Below, piece by piece: positions 25,883 through 40,569 of a stretch of 64,000 bases of DNA. Source of the stretch: Eledone cirrhosa (Eukaryota); contig OZ024740.1 of the NCBI GenBank assembly GCA_964016885.1, positions 294,066,001-294,130,000 on the forward strand. Reading direction: 5' to 3'. Position 1 is the stretch's first letter. Each line of letters opens with the position of its first letter. The notes under the pieces are model-generated. The model worked only from the letters and a program-made list of their open reading frames with translations. It was not told the DNA's origin and made no database searches. Made by a program: the position numbers and the translations under genes.

Positions 25883-26097
25883 ATATATATATATTAGAAT
25901 TGGCACTCTGAAATAGCTATATATATATGAATGTATATATAGTGTATTTTGCAATACACTGTATGCTTAATTAAAAGCATTTTGAAGACCTTATGATATT
26001 GTTTTAGAGTAGTGACAGACTCACTTACTTTAAATTTTCAGCAAATTTAAAGCCGTCGAAACGGCTTGAGCTCAGCCTTCGGGGTCCTACTCGTTCC

Positions 26098-26121
26098 TAT
26101 GTATATATATATATATAGATA

Positions 26122-26177
<56 letters not shown>

Positions 26178-26616
26178 TATAGATATATATGTATATATAT
26201 ATATATATAGATATATATGTATATATATATAGATATATATGTATATATATATAGATATATATGTATATATATATAGATATATATGTATATATATATAGAT
26301 ATATATGTATATATATATAGATATATATGTATATATATATAGATATGTATATATATATATATATATATATAGATATATATGTATATATATATAGATATAT
26401 ATATATATATATATATAGATATATATGTATATATATATATATATAGATATATATGTATATATAGATATATATATATATATATATATAGATATATATGTAT
26501 ATATATATATGTATATATATATAGATATATATGTATATATATATAGATATATATATATATATATATAGATATATATATATATATAGAGAGAGATATATAT
26601 GTATATATATATATAA
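26098..26616. repeat. (TA)n/(TAGA/TATG) compound microsatellite
   Basis: Direct reading. Confidence 0.95.
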
Positions 26617-26765
26617 GGATTAGAATACTGGAGCGTGTTTGAGTCAAACACCCTCTTCGTATTATAGAAATGACAGTAAAAGGTATAGCTCAATGCAGTT
26701 AAACAGAGCCAAAAAATTAAGAGAGTAAAACAAAGAATCCTTTAATACATCAAAAGTTTTTATTA

Positions 26766-26803
26766 GCCGACAATGTTTCGTCCTATTAAGGACTCATCAG
26801 GGC
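26766..26803 (-). ncRNA. Canonical minimal type-I hammerhead ribozyme
   Basis: Minus strand: gcc CTGATGA gtcct-taat-aggac GAAA cattg TC ggc t AATAAA (GUC site). Confidence 0.88.
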
Positions 26804-27137
26804 AATCAAAACAACAAGAGGTAATATCGGCAGATACAAGCCAGAAACTCTGAAGAATATGGAGTGTACATACACTAATGTCTTGCAAAGATATACGATA
26901 ATAAAAATGAAAATAAAGATAAAAATAAAATTATAATAACTAAGGATGTAGATAACATTAAGAACCATATTACAAATATAGTCCAAAACCACCAACCTAA
27001 ATCTAAACAAAATTGGTTATATAGAGCAGGAATTATATATAACACAATATAATACATTATAATAATAATATATTTATACCAACATTAAAATTCCAAATTA
27101 AAAATCAAAAGGTACAATATATACATGTATATATGTG

Positions 27138-27179
<42 letters not shown>

Positions 27180-27678
27180 ATAATGCACATATCTATGTTC
27201 TATTACACAGAAATTAAGCCCCATTAGAAGTTTGAATATTAAAAATAAGCATGGTAATAGTGAAAATAATACTAATACATCTATCCAATATACATGAGGC
27301 AATAATATGATATAATTACAAGAAACACTTATAACAAATAATAAACAACAAAATTATATAATTCAATACAATATAATCAAGTAGAATAGATAATCCCCGG
27401 TTAATTTACAGAAACAATATAGATGTCAATGAAATACATTGATAAAATGTTAACATTATATTAACAATTACCATAAACAATATGTACAAAATGATTCATA
27501 CTGGGTTACATAATAAATGAGGAAATATAAATCATATAATATAATACTCAAAAAAAACTATAATGGTACAGGGGACAATTATGATGTTACAGAAAAAAAT
27601 ATACAGACATCTAACATGATATGTAAAGTCTAAATATCATAATGTTACATATTACAATATTAAAATATTAAAAAATCC

Positions 27679-30012
27679 AGACATCTTACATGATATATAA
27701 AGTTTAAATATCATAATGTTATATATAATAAACGGTAAGTAATAAGGATCTATATCATAATGTAATATATTTTAAAATTGGCATAAAATATATAAATACT
27801 TATAATTACAAGGTTAGTAGACAGACATGTGTGGATGAGTGAGCGAAGCCAGACAGTGAATAGTAAATAGAATATAGAATAAAACAAATAAATACAATCA
27901 ACCGGAAATTACAAAACAAAAGCAAATGTATACACATTTAGGCCTCGCGTGCATTAAGAAATTAGGTAAACACCAAGGAAAGCGATCATTTTAAATGACT
28001 CCAAACCCTATCCGATAAATTAATATTAAAAATATCAAACCCGTCCGATAAGGTAGTATAATATTAGCTACAGTTTAAGTCATTAAAGTATATAAACTTT
28101 AATGTATCATTACAAATGTTTACAAAAAGGAATAAAATTACACTATCATATACGCAACGATATCTAAAAAACTGACTTAAGTAGAGTTAAGGTAGGCTAA
28201 TGGGGACAGAATTGACAAAATATATGGAGAGTGCGAAGTGGCATAAAATATATTCGATATACTATAATAAATAATAGAACAGAGCATAAAAGAGGGGGGG
28301 GGTTAAATATAATCATATTCAATCTGGAGGGGTTGACAATAAGTTTATGTGTGCAGGGGGGGAAGGGGGGGTTGTCGATAGATAAATCAGAATAGACTTA
28401 GAAATAAAAATAGAATTAAAAATAAAAATAAAAATAATGTTAAAATTAAAGTTAATAATAAAAAAATATATAAAGATAATAATAGAATAACGTAAGTGGC
28501 ATAAAGTGTGTAATCTTATGTATACTAACAAGGTGTAATAATGAAGACATAGATATGGTACAGTGGCCAAATGATTATGAGAGCTAGAATGAAGAGTCAT
28601 CAAAAACCAATGATAACATTAGTGTTGGCAAACAAAAGAACCCAAACAAAAAACTAAGTAATGGAATATATCTGCTAATGGGTACGATTTGTACTACTAG
28701 AACATTTGGGTTTATAATAAAAGTAAGAATTAGAATGGCATGGGGGCAAGAAGAGAATATCTCAGACTTTCTATTCAGTAAGGGTACGCTAGAGAAAATA
28801 ATAGAGTGTGTCTCAAGTATACAGAGATTACAAAACTTACTATGTGCAGAAAGGTGGTTAGATCGTGCTACTAAACTCCAGTTAAGGCTATATGGTATAT
28901 AAGCTCCCTTAAGATCCCAGATATAATGCGCTAGAGAGGTAGAATTCTTAAACCTAACGTGTTTGAAGTTAGAGATATGAGAGTTAAACCTAGTCTTAAA
29001 AGTGTTTGAAGTAGATCCTATATACGTTCTTTTAGAGGAATTAGTTATAACCTCGCAAGCATAGACAATGTTCTTAGAAAGGCAGTTACCGTTTAGAGGG
29101 CAGTTAGCACTCACTCTACAATTGCACTTCCGGGTGTTATTGGTTGGCTCGAGTGGTGATGTATTGCACATAGGACCTCTATTAGATAAGGACTGTTCTG
29201 GTAACGTTATTCTATTATTATCTTTATATATTTTTTTATTATTATTAACTTTAATTTTAACATTATTTTTATTTTTAATTCTATTTTTATTTCTAAGTCT
29301 ATTCTGATTTATCTATCGACAACCCCCCCTGCACACATAAACTTATTGTCAACCCCTCCAGATTGAATACGATTATATTTAACCCCCCCCCCCCCCCTCT
29401 TTTATGCTCTGTTCTATTATTTATTATAGTATATCGAATATATTTTATGCCACTTCGCACTCTCCATATATTTTGTCAATTCTGTCCCCATTAGCCTACC
29501 TTAACTCTACTTAAGTCAGTTTTTTAGATATCGTTGCGTATATGATAGTGTAATTTTATTCCTTTTTGTAAACATTTGTAATGATACATTAAAGTTTATA
29601 TACTTTAATGACTTAAACTATAGCTAATATTATACTACCTTATCGGACGGGTTTGATATTTTTAATATTAATTTATCGGATAGGGTTTGGAGTCATTTAA
29701 AATGATCGCTTTCCTTGGTGTTTACCTAATTTCTTAATGCACGCGAGGCCTAAATGTGTATACATTTGCTTTTGTTTTGTAATTTCCGGTTGATTGTATT
29801 TATTTGTTTTATTCTATATTCTATTTACTATTCACTGTCTGGCTTCGCTCACTCATCCACACATGTCTGTCTACTAACCTTGTAATTATAAGTATTTATA
29901 TATTTTATGCCAATTTTAAAATATATTACATTATGATATAGATCCTTATTACTTACCGTTTATTATATATAACATTATGATATTTAAACTTTATATATCA
30001 TGTAAGATGTCT
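27679..30012. repeat. ~810-bp inverted repeat with 710-bp spacer
   Basis: 27679-28493 versus 29204-30012; a few small indels. Confidence 0.9.
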
Positions 30013-30616
30013 TGGACGTGAGTTTTCCCACTTGAGGCAAGAGTGGTTATCTTGCTCGCATAGGACTATCTGGCGGGTTTTCTACAGCTGGATGCCCTTC
30101 CTAACACCAACCTCATTTACAGTGTGGGGCTGGGAGGTTTTTACCGTGTTGCCTACACGGCCACATTACAGCGTGAACTGTGTTTTTTGACGTGACACCT
30201 ACACGATCTCATTTGTTTCGGCCTGGATGTTGTGGCACCAACATAACTTTACATTGAAAGGGGCGGTGTGGATGGGGTGGGGGTGGTGGGACGGGGGTGT
30301 ATTTTGTTAGAGATGCCTACTGACTGTAGTAGGTTTTACTTTGTATTTAGGTAAGGCGGGACTTCTCTATTACTGAGTACCGCCAAAGTTCTCGGTCCAG
30401 TGACATTGTCTTGGTGAGGTGTAAGTGCGTGAGATCGGAATTTATCAGCTCGTCCCAGGTCTTTCTGGGTCTGCCTATTCCGTGGCTACCGTCTATCTTT
30501 ATTGCCCTGCACTTTGTTATACAGCTATCGTCCTTCATGCGCATCACGTGACCATACCAACGTAGCCTTCTCTCGAGTAAACAACATCTGATCCCTCTTA
30601 TTTCTAATTTTTTCCT
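30013..30616 (-). mobile_element. RTE family A 3' fragment
   Basis: [22 protein letters not shown]...GRPRKTW plus a 3' UTR like 23290-23630. Confidence 0.85.
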
Positions 30617-30714
<98 letters not shown>

Positions 30715-30823
30715 TATATGTATATATGTATGTATATATGTATGTATATATATATATATACATACATATATACATACATATATACATATATACATACATA
30801 CATATATACATATATACATACAT

Positions 30824-31376
30824 GGTCGGGTCGTTGGCGACTAAACTGGCAACCCCACCAAGGTTTCTTGGTGAGGAGGGTGACTTTGGACATCCTGCAG
30901 GACTAAAAACAAAACCTGTCAAAGGGCAAAGGAGCTCTTAAGAGTCAATGGCCATCCAAAATCACCGGGAGAGATGACCCCTTTAGCCTTAGTCAAGGCA
31001 GAATTCTAGGAGAAGGAAAACTCTGATATAACACCTGCAACCCTGATGGTATCCAATGATGTTGACTTGTTCTTCTTTTTGGTAAATATCATCTTGGTTA
31101 AGAGAGTGGGACTGGCTTTGTGCAGTGCCTTTGCTCACTATAAAAGCTTCACGGCACAGGCATTGCTTTATATCTGGAGATCTCTCTGCATTTGTCGTCA
31201 CATGGTACCATGGGCCCAGCACTATGTGTCAATAATTGTCACAAGTGTAGTGTTTGTACCAGAGCTTTCAAGTCGCTGGCTGGACTAAAAAGTCACACTC
31301 GTTCAGCGCATCAGTAGGGGTTCTCCTACATGGATATAAAGTAGTGGCCGTACTCGAAAACGAGTTGGCAGCCACC
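30824..31376 (+). mobile_element. Internally deleted (bipartite) non-autonomous RTE: 5' UTR-like head, last zinc finger and 3' stem-loop
   Basis: TCTAGGAGAAGGAAAACTCTG motif (~31006-31025). CSVCTRAFKSLAGLKSHTRSAHQ* ending at 31317. Tail GGCCGTACTCGAAAACGAG..GCAGCC. Confidence 0.6.
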
Positions 31377-31389
31377 ATATATATATATG

Positions 31390-31419
<30 letters not shown>

Positions 31420-31420
<1 letters not shown>

Positions 31421-34400
31421 CATCATCATCATCATCATCACCGTTTTACGTCCGTTCTTCCACGCTAGCATGGGTTAGACGGGTTGTCCTGTTGTGGGCA
31501 GTGTCTGGTCGGCTGACCATGCCTTGCTCATACAGGAACTGATCTGGCTTGATTTCTACAGCTGGATGCCCTTCCTAACACCAACCTCATTTACAGTGAG
31601 TGCTGGGTGCTTTTTCGTGGCGCCTACACGTCCACTTTACAGTGTGGGCTTGGTGCTTTTTTGCCGTGGCACCTCCACGACCACCTTGCGGTGGGGGGAG
31701 TGGGGGCATATTGTTTATATGCTTCAGCATGTACCCATGGGAGGTCGGGTACCCTGTATTACTGCGTGACGCCAGAAGTCACGGTCGTGTGTCATTGACT
31801 TTGAGAGGTGTAGTTGGGTAAGGTCGGCTTTTATCACCTCATCCCAAGTCATCTTGGGTCTCCCCACTCCGCGGTTTCCATCAACTTCTAGTGCTCTGCA
31901 CCTTTTTATGCAGCTGTCATCCTTCATATGCATCACATGTCCATACCAGCGTAACCGCCTCTCCTGCACGCAGCATTTGATTCCTCTTATGCTCAGTCTC
32001 TCTCTCAATTCCTTTATGCTTTGTCGTTCACGTATATTACTGTTACACATCCATCGGAGCATGCAGGCTTCGTTTCTCTCTAATCTACGTAAGTCTTCCA
32101 CCTTCAGCGCCCAGGTCTCACTACCATGCAACATCGCTGTTCGGATACACGCATCATACAGTCTGCCTTTCATTCTGAGGGAGAAGCCTTTTGCAGCTAG
32201 CAGTGGTAGTAGTTCCCTAAACTTCTTCCATCCCGTTCTTACCCTAGTTATTGTACTTTCTGAGCACCCACCTCCGTTGCTAATTCGGTCACCTAGGTAG
32301 CAGAAGCTGTCTACTGTTTCTACAGGGCCCTCCCAGAGATTGGTGGTACTTGTTTCCTGTGGCTGTTTGCTTGCTGTTTCAGCACAGCTGCTGCATGTGA
32401 ATCCTACATTCTTAATTAAGCTTCCTGAGATCCCGCTACATCTCTTGTGTACCCATTGTTTGCATTTGGGGCAGAGAATGGAGTTCCTACCTACACCTTT
32501 CCTACATACTGAGCAAGGCCATTTCCCTGAGGGGATCTGGGTTCTGTTTTCTCGTCTACTTATAAGGACCTTAGTCTTTGTCATGTTGACTTTGAGGCCC
32601 TTTCTCTCTAGTCCCTGCTTCCAGGTTTGGAATTTATTCTCTAGTTCTACCATAGATTCAGCTATGAGTGCGAGGTCATCAGCATACAGGAGTTCCCATG
32701 GGCATCCGGTCTTAAACTCCTCCGTTATTGCCTGCAGGACTATGATGAACAGGAGAGGGCTAAGAACAGAGCCCTGGTGGACCCCAACCTGTACGCTAAA
32801 TTCCTCGCTATACTCATTGCCAATCCTAACTTTGCTGACTGCTCCCCTATACATGGCTTGTAACGCTTTCACAAGCCATTCATCTACTCCTAGTTTTCTA
32901 AGAGCCCACCAGATTACTGCACGTGGAACTCTGTCAAAGGCTTTCTCAAGGTCGACAAATGCCAAGTAGAGTGGCTTACTTTTAGCTAGGTACTTTTCCT
33001 GTAATTGCCTCACAAGGAAGAGGGCATCAGTGGTGCCTTTCCCTGGTACAAACCCAAATTGCATCTCGTCTATATTCACCCGGTCCCTAATCAGCTGTGC
33101 TATAACTCTTTCTGTTACTTTCATGACCTGGTCCATCAACTTTATACCTCTATAGTTTCCTCTATCTAGTGCATCGCCTTTACCTTTGTAGCAGTTGACA
33201 ATGATGCTACTGCACCAATCTTTTGGTATGGCCCCCTCTAGTATTACCTGGTTAATGATACATGTGGTTATAGTGTGACCTACAGACCCAGATGCCTTCA
33301 GCATCTCGGCAGCTATACCCGATGGACCGGTTGCCTTCCCTATCTTCATATCTCTGATTGCCTTACTTACTACGCTGCCGCTGACTTGTACTGCTGGTCC
33401 CTCTATAGGGTCTACGTGGGGTAGGGTCTCTTCTTCCCATGCATTCTCCTCATTTAGTAATCTATCATAATGACTCTTCCATGCATCTTTCTTCTCAGCA
33501 CTTGTGAGGGCAAGCTCACCTTTATCATTCCGGATACACTTCTCTCCAATGACATCACAACTATCTCTGACACACTGCCTCGCAATCTTGAATACCTCCT
33601 GTTTCTGGTCCTCACGTTGTAAAACATGCTTGAATTTTCTATCCTCTGCTTCCCTCCTAGCTAAGTATACTTGTCGCCTAGCTTCCCTCTTGGTCTCTAT
33701 GTAATGTACCCTGCTCCCCCCGTTCTTCCATTCTTTCCATGCCTGTCTCTTGGCCTTGACTGCTTCATCTACCTTATTGTTCCACCACCAAGTCACTCTC
33801 CTCCTGCTTGAGGTCTTACTCCAGCCACAAACCTCATCCGTCGCCTCTAGTAAGTTATTTTTTAGGAACTCCCAGTTCTCTTCTACGTTAAATGTCTCTA
33901 TCTGTTCTTCTTTACTGTCGTAGGCGTTGAGTAAAATATCTTTAAATCTGTTACTGGTTGAGGGGACTTTCAGCTTCCAGATCTTTCTTCTCCAGGTTGG
34001 CCTCTGTTTCAGGGCTCGTCTAGTTCTGACCGTGAGGTCGCTGACAACTAAGCGATGTTGGGATGTACATTCCTCACTAGGGAAGGCTTTTGTGTTTACG
34101 ACCGTCCATCTGTCACGTCCTCTGATGAGGATAAAATCTAACTGACTAGAGTGCTCCCCTGATCTATAGGTGATCAGGTGGTTGTCGGGTTTTTTAAAGT
34201 TTGTGTTACATATCGACATGTCATTGGCGTCGCAGAATTCTAGAAGTCTGAATCCTTCCTCATTCCTTGTGCCAACTCCATGGCCTCCATGTACTCTATT
34301 GAAGCCGTCGCAGTGTTTACCTACGTGTCCGTTAAAATCTCCTGCAATGATTAGGAAGTCCTTGTCGTCTGTTAGAGCAGTAGTGTGTATTAGGGACTCG

Positions 34401-34428
34401 TAAAACCTATCCTTAAGTTTGTCTGGCA
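31420..34428 (-). mobile_element. Young RTE LINE with an uninterrupted ~900-aa ORF portion (APE C-half, RT, PHD finger), 5'-truncated at (TA)n
   Basis: The real part of ORF 31724..35698 starts at [12 protein letters not shown] (~34428). Motifs [46 protein letters not shown]; no stops. Confidence 0.93.
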
Positions 34429-35814
<1,386 letters not shown>

Positions 35815-36003
35815 GGTGTTAAAGTTTGCTTGAAGCATTGTGAAATGTGTAAAATACGTAGTTAAGAAAGCCACAACAATGCAAAGGGAAATCTCGAGAT
35901 AGGAAGTGAAAGATAGATAGGAAAAATAGGTGAAAGTGAAAATTGAGAGAGACAAAGATGAAAACAAAACAAAGGTAGAAGGGTTACCGTAGTGGAGATT
36001 TAA

Positions 36004-36039
36004 TCCCAATATTTCGGGCTCACGCCCATCAACGGGGGA
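36004..36039 (-). ncRNA. Divergent hammerhead-like motif in the PLE pseudo-LTR
   Basis: Minus strand: tccc ccgttgat gggc-gtga-gccc GAAA tatt ggga. The core deviates from CUGANGA. Confidence 0.35.
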
Positions 36040-36229
36040 AAGTTCCAAAGGGGGGGAACAGGCCAAGCGGAGAAAGTCGTGATGTCGTTAAGACAGGAAT
36101 GCCGTTATGGGGAGAAAATTATTTAAAATTTAAACGAGGGAAAGAATGCGCGTGCGCGTGATAGGCTGTGGCAAAAGCTACTGACCAAATGGGTTAAATC
36201 AAGAGGGTGCGCTAGCGTGTGAAAGCCGT

Positions 36230-36620
36230 AAGATATGTGTGTGTAAATATATATGTGCGTGTAACTGTGTGTGTATAAGTGTAAGTGTGTATATGTGTGA
36301 GTGTGTGTGTGTGTGAAAAATAGTGGGCTGTAGAAGCTGGAAATCAAAGGGTGTGAAAGGTGGTAGGTTGTAAAACATGTGTGCGTGTATAAATATAGAT
36401 GTGTGTGTGTAAGCGTATGGGTATACATGTGTGTGTAACTGTGTGTGTATATGTGTGAGTGCGTTTGTGTGTGAAAGATAGTGGGCTGTAGAAGCTGGAA
36501 ATCAAAGGGTGTGAAAGGTGGTAGGTTGTAAAAACGTGTGCGTGTATAAATATAGATGTGTGTGTGTATGCGTATGGGTATGCATATACGTGCGTGTGTG
36601 TGAAGATAGCAGGCTGTAGG
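36230..36620. repeat. ~160-bp tandem duplication with GT-rich tracts in the PLE 3' UTR
   Basis: atagtgggctgtagaagctggaaatcaaagggtgtgaaaggtggtaggttgtaaaa occurs at ~36320 and ~36478. Confidence 0.75.
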
Positions 36621-36639
36621 CTGTGAATGGTCACTATGG

Positions 36640-39278
36640 TTAAGTTAGCCATGTCAGCTCATTTCTCTCAGCCCGGTTGTTAAGTGGGGGTCTGAGGTTT
36701 TTAATAACAAGTGCTTCCTTTATCCTTAAGGATCCGATGCTGCGTTCAGTCGCTAGGACTGTGACCAAGGGTCTACCCTGTGGGTTTCTGCATTTAAGGA
36801 TGTGTTTACGGAAGGAAGATGCGTTGGTGTTGATATGTTCCTTGATACGAACATGTAGGGGTCGGATGGTGCTACCTATGTAAAACTTGTTACATTTATC
36901 GCATTGAATCTTATATACGACATAGGTGCGTAGGCAATCTGCCCCCCGTATCGGGCAGTTGCTGAGGGAACACGTCCCATCTGACTCGTCGGGTTTGTTG
37001 GAGAGGCATCTTCGCAGCGAAGGTCCTGTGTGGGCCAAATGTATGTCAAGTCCCTCCGTCCGTATGGCCCTGCGGATGGCGTTCGTGGTATATTCACTCA
37101 GGTGGGGGATTTTAAAGAAACACCTGCTATTATTTAATTTTCTAGTGGGTGTCTGTCTATTGGGTCTGGGGTCTCTAATTCCGTTAATCAGTCGCTTGGG
37201 ATAACCATTAGATCTGAGTAGATTACGGAATTGCATGGTATGGGTGAGACCACCCATCGGGTCGCTGCATCTGTTAGTGATCCGTGTCAATTCATTTAGG
37301 ACATAGCCTCTCTTAGCGTTGTTGGGGAGGGCTGAGTTGTAATGCACAAATAAATCCTTGCATGCTGCTTTGCGGTAGAAGGTGGTGTTTATGTCTCCTT
37401 CTTCCGAGATGTTGATACGGAAGTCGAGGAGGGCGAGTGACCCGTCTTCTCCTGGGTGTTCGATGGTGAAATCGACGTGATGGTCAGTATCGTTGAAGAT
37501 TTGGTGAATTTCATTCGCCATCTCCCGGGAAGAAGTAAGTATCAGGATGTCATCAACGTATCTGGAGTAGAAGGCGACGGCGTTGGGTTGGCAGGTATTG
37601 AGTGCCTTGCGTTCCAGGTGGTCCATGTACGAGATCGCAAGTATGCCGGACAGACTAGAGCCCATAGGTAGCCCAGAGATTTGTTTGTACGTGTGGCCGA
37701 GGAAATTGAAGAGTGCATTATCCACAACGAAGGAGAGGAGTTGGTGGATGTCCGTGTGTGTGAGTCCGAAGCAGTGTAAGTTAGATGCTCGGACTCGTTC
37801 GGTCAACAGGTCGACAGCTGGGGATGCTGGTACGGAGGTATAAAGGGCGACCACATCAAGACTGAAGGCATAACCGTTGTTCTTTCTGGTGTTGGGCGCC
37901 AGATGGTGTAGTCGCTCCAAGACCTCCTTTGAGCTGCAGACGTGGGCTGGTAGTGTGTGTAGAATAGGTTTCAGTAGTGTGGCGAGCAGCCACGATATTT
38001 TGTAGAGTGGGCCCTCCACGCTAGAGACAATGGGCCTGATTTTCAAATCGGGTCCTTGTTTATGTGTTTTAACCAGGTGGTAGAAGGTGGGTAATTTGCT
38101 GTTTCGAGTCATTATGTTGTTTTTTACCTTCTTTGGCAGTTTTCGTTGGACATAGATGTTAGTCCATATGGTGTTAATGCCTTCCTCGATTAGAGTCGAG
38201 GAGGTCCCTGTGACTTTCGAGTAGAGGCTGTGGTCATTAAGATGTTGGAGAGCTAAGTTGTTGTAGGTCTCTCTCGAGATGACACAGAATTCTTTCCCCT
38301 TGTCAGAGGGAAGGTACACAAGGTTCCTGGATCTTAGGTTGGTGAGAGTATTAAATTGTGCATTGGTGAGGTTGCGTTTATTGTGTGTGTGTGTGTGTTG
38401 GGAAAGGATGTTAGAGATAGAATGTTTCAACCTGAGTAGTTTAGTGTCAAGTTCGTGGTTGGTGGGTGGGGGTGGAGTGGGTTGTCGAGGTGGTACGTGG
38501 GGAGTGTGGAGTGGGTTGTGGGGTTGTAATCGATCTCGGTGTTGTTTTGGATGGCGGTTAGCCATTTCAGTTGATACGCTGTCCGACAGAAGTTGGTTTC
38601 GATGTCGAGTTTCAGTCTATCATCGAGACGCTGTGTAATGATGAACTTGGGTCCGAGGCGCAGAAGTTCGAGTTCGTCGTTGGTGAGGGTACCGGTTAAG
38701 TCGGTAACGAGGTGTGAAGCATCGTTGGTAGGTAGATCGATGTTGGGGGGTGTAGCGGAGGGTGTTGTATCGCTGTTGCCCCTGGTGTGGTTGTAGTCGG
38801 TCCGTCTGTGGGAGCGGATGTTGTCATTGTAATATTTGTTTACAGTCCATTCGTATTTCCGTATAAGGCGCTGTTTATCATATTTGACTCTGGTGTGGTA
38901 ACAGTGATCTATAGCTTTGCGTATTTCCTGGACCTGGTGGTCAGGGGTGAGGGTTGGAGCTATACGATCTATGTGCTCGGAAAGTGTTTGTATATGGAGT
39001 CGCAGTTGGTGGTGGTTGTGTCGTAGTATTTTCTTGATAAACGTGCGTTGAATGTGGCGGATGGTGTTTTCGAAGGATGGTGATCGTAAACATTCGGGTA
39101 GATGTATATTCCTGATGGTGGTTGGAATGATGTTGTTCTTTAGGCAGCGTTTTAAGAAGGTAATTTGGCAACAGAGTTTAGCACGATTCTCCGATAGTCT
39201 GAATAGGTCCCTTATGGGTGCAAACAAGTCCTGGCTCAGGTGTAATGATAAGAGGGTGTTAAAGTTTGCTTGAAGCAT
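36640..39278 (-). pseudogene. PLE RT-GIY-YIG polyprotein with one frameshift (overlap 38427-38565)
   Basis: PSDKG, LVKTHK, IRPIVS, SLDVVALYTSVP, GLPMGS, YSRYVDD, LALLD, FYRK, VVYKIQC..FYIGST..RIKEH, IKEALVI..PPLN. Confidence 0.92.
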
Positions 39279-39330
39279 TGTGAAATGTGTAAAATACGTA
39301 GTTCAGAAAGCCACAACAATGCAAAAGGAA

Positions 39331-39465
<135 letters not shown>

Positions 39466-39485
39466 TATACATGTATATATATATA

Positions 39486-40500
39486 GTATTTACGTATCGA
39501 GAAAGAGAAAAAAAGGGGGGATAGGTGATACATATAGTTATTTGCCAAGTAGCGTATGCCAAAGGTGCTCGATACTAGTGCCGGCAGTATTAAATATTCG
39601 AAGTGTTAATATTTAGTAGGCTAGAGAGTTAGCAGAGCGTAAGCACGTGGGAAAGTAAAAAAAATCGGAGAATAGACCGTTAAAACATGTTTATTTAAAA
39701 TATCACCTACGTACGTTTCGCCCAGTTGGGCTTCTCAAGGGCATAAATAATCACAAGTGTTCCTTATATTGCTCGGAAAGAGTTTTTGGGGTTAAATCCA
39801 CATCAAGGTTCATTGCTCGCAAAAATATCTTGTTTTGATCTTGCAGCAGGTCAAGGGAGGTAACTCTGGCCGGTGTTAGGGCAGTCTTTCCCGGACAAAT
39901 TTTTTTTTTTTTTTTTTTTGCCGCATCCATTTGTCTGAGGCTGGGTCTGGTATGCAAGGATTGTTTCCCGGGTGTTATTTTGCAGCGCCTGCCCGCCAGG
40001 GTGTTAAGACTTGTTGCAGGGAGATCCAGTGTACTATTTCACTCTTCATCCTTAACCCATCTGAAGAAGGATATTTTTAAGCGATGTGTACAACTTATCG
40101 CTGTTTCAGCTCTGCTGTTGATGAGCTCGTGGGGTGCAGTTATGATGTGGTAGAGCTCCACGAGGCAAAGATCGCATTTCCTCTTGAAGTTGTACGGTGC
40201 AGCCCTGCCGACAATCTCCCAGTGCGTGGAGAAGCTGATGTTTAAGTCCTTTAGTGATGTGATGTAGTCCGCGAGCGAAGTGGAGTGCCTTAGTTTTCTA
40301 TTTGTGAAAGAGTGGAGATGTGTTCGAAACCTAATTTTGAACGGGCCGGAGGTGGCCCCTATATAATGTTTAACGCTATTGTGGCTAGTAATAGTGCATC
40401 TATATATAACCCTATCAGTCAAGCAGTATCCTCTAAGGGGGCAGCGTCCTCTGTCGCGGCAGTTGCAATTTCTGTCGCGGTTCCGTCTATTTCCCACGGT
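39486..40500 (-). mobile_element. 3' fragment of a second PLE family (GIY-YIG plus 3' region)
   Basis: ORF 40039..40497 (CNCR..CPLRGYCL..VIY..YIGAT..FKIRF..H..CDLCLVE). Confidence 0.85.
39704..39743 (-). ncRNA. Hammerhead variant (CUUGAGAA core)
   Basis: Minus strand: tgcc CTTGAGAA gccc-aact-gggc GAAA cgtacg TA ggtg. Confidence 0.55.
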
Positions 40501-40569
40501 AAGGCTATCATTGTTGCTGCCTACGTTGTTACCTATGCTACCGCAGCTGTCGTTAGCACAATTACAACA

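Larger units (their letters stand above)
26617..30012 (-). mobile_element. 5'-truncated Penelope-like element: GIY-YIG end, long AT-rich 3' region with hammerhead, 5' inverted duplication
   Basis: ORF 28584..29171 (CNCR..CPLNGNCL..NIVY..YIGST..FKTRF..H). Arms 27679-28493 and 29204-30012 are inverted. Confidence 0.85.
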
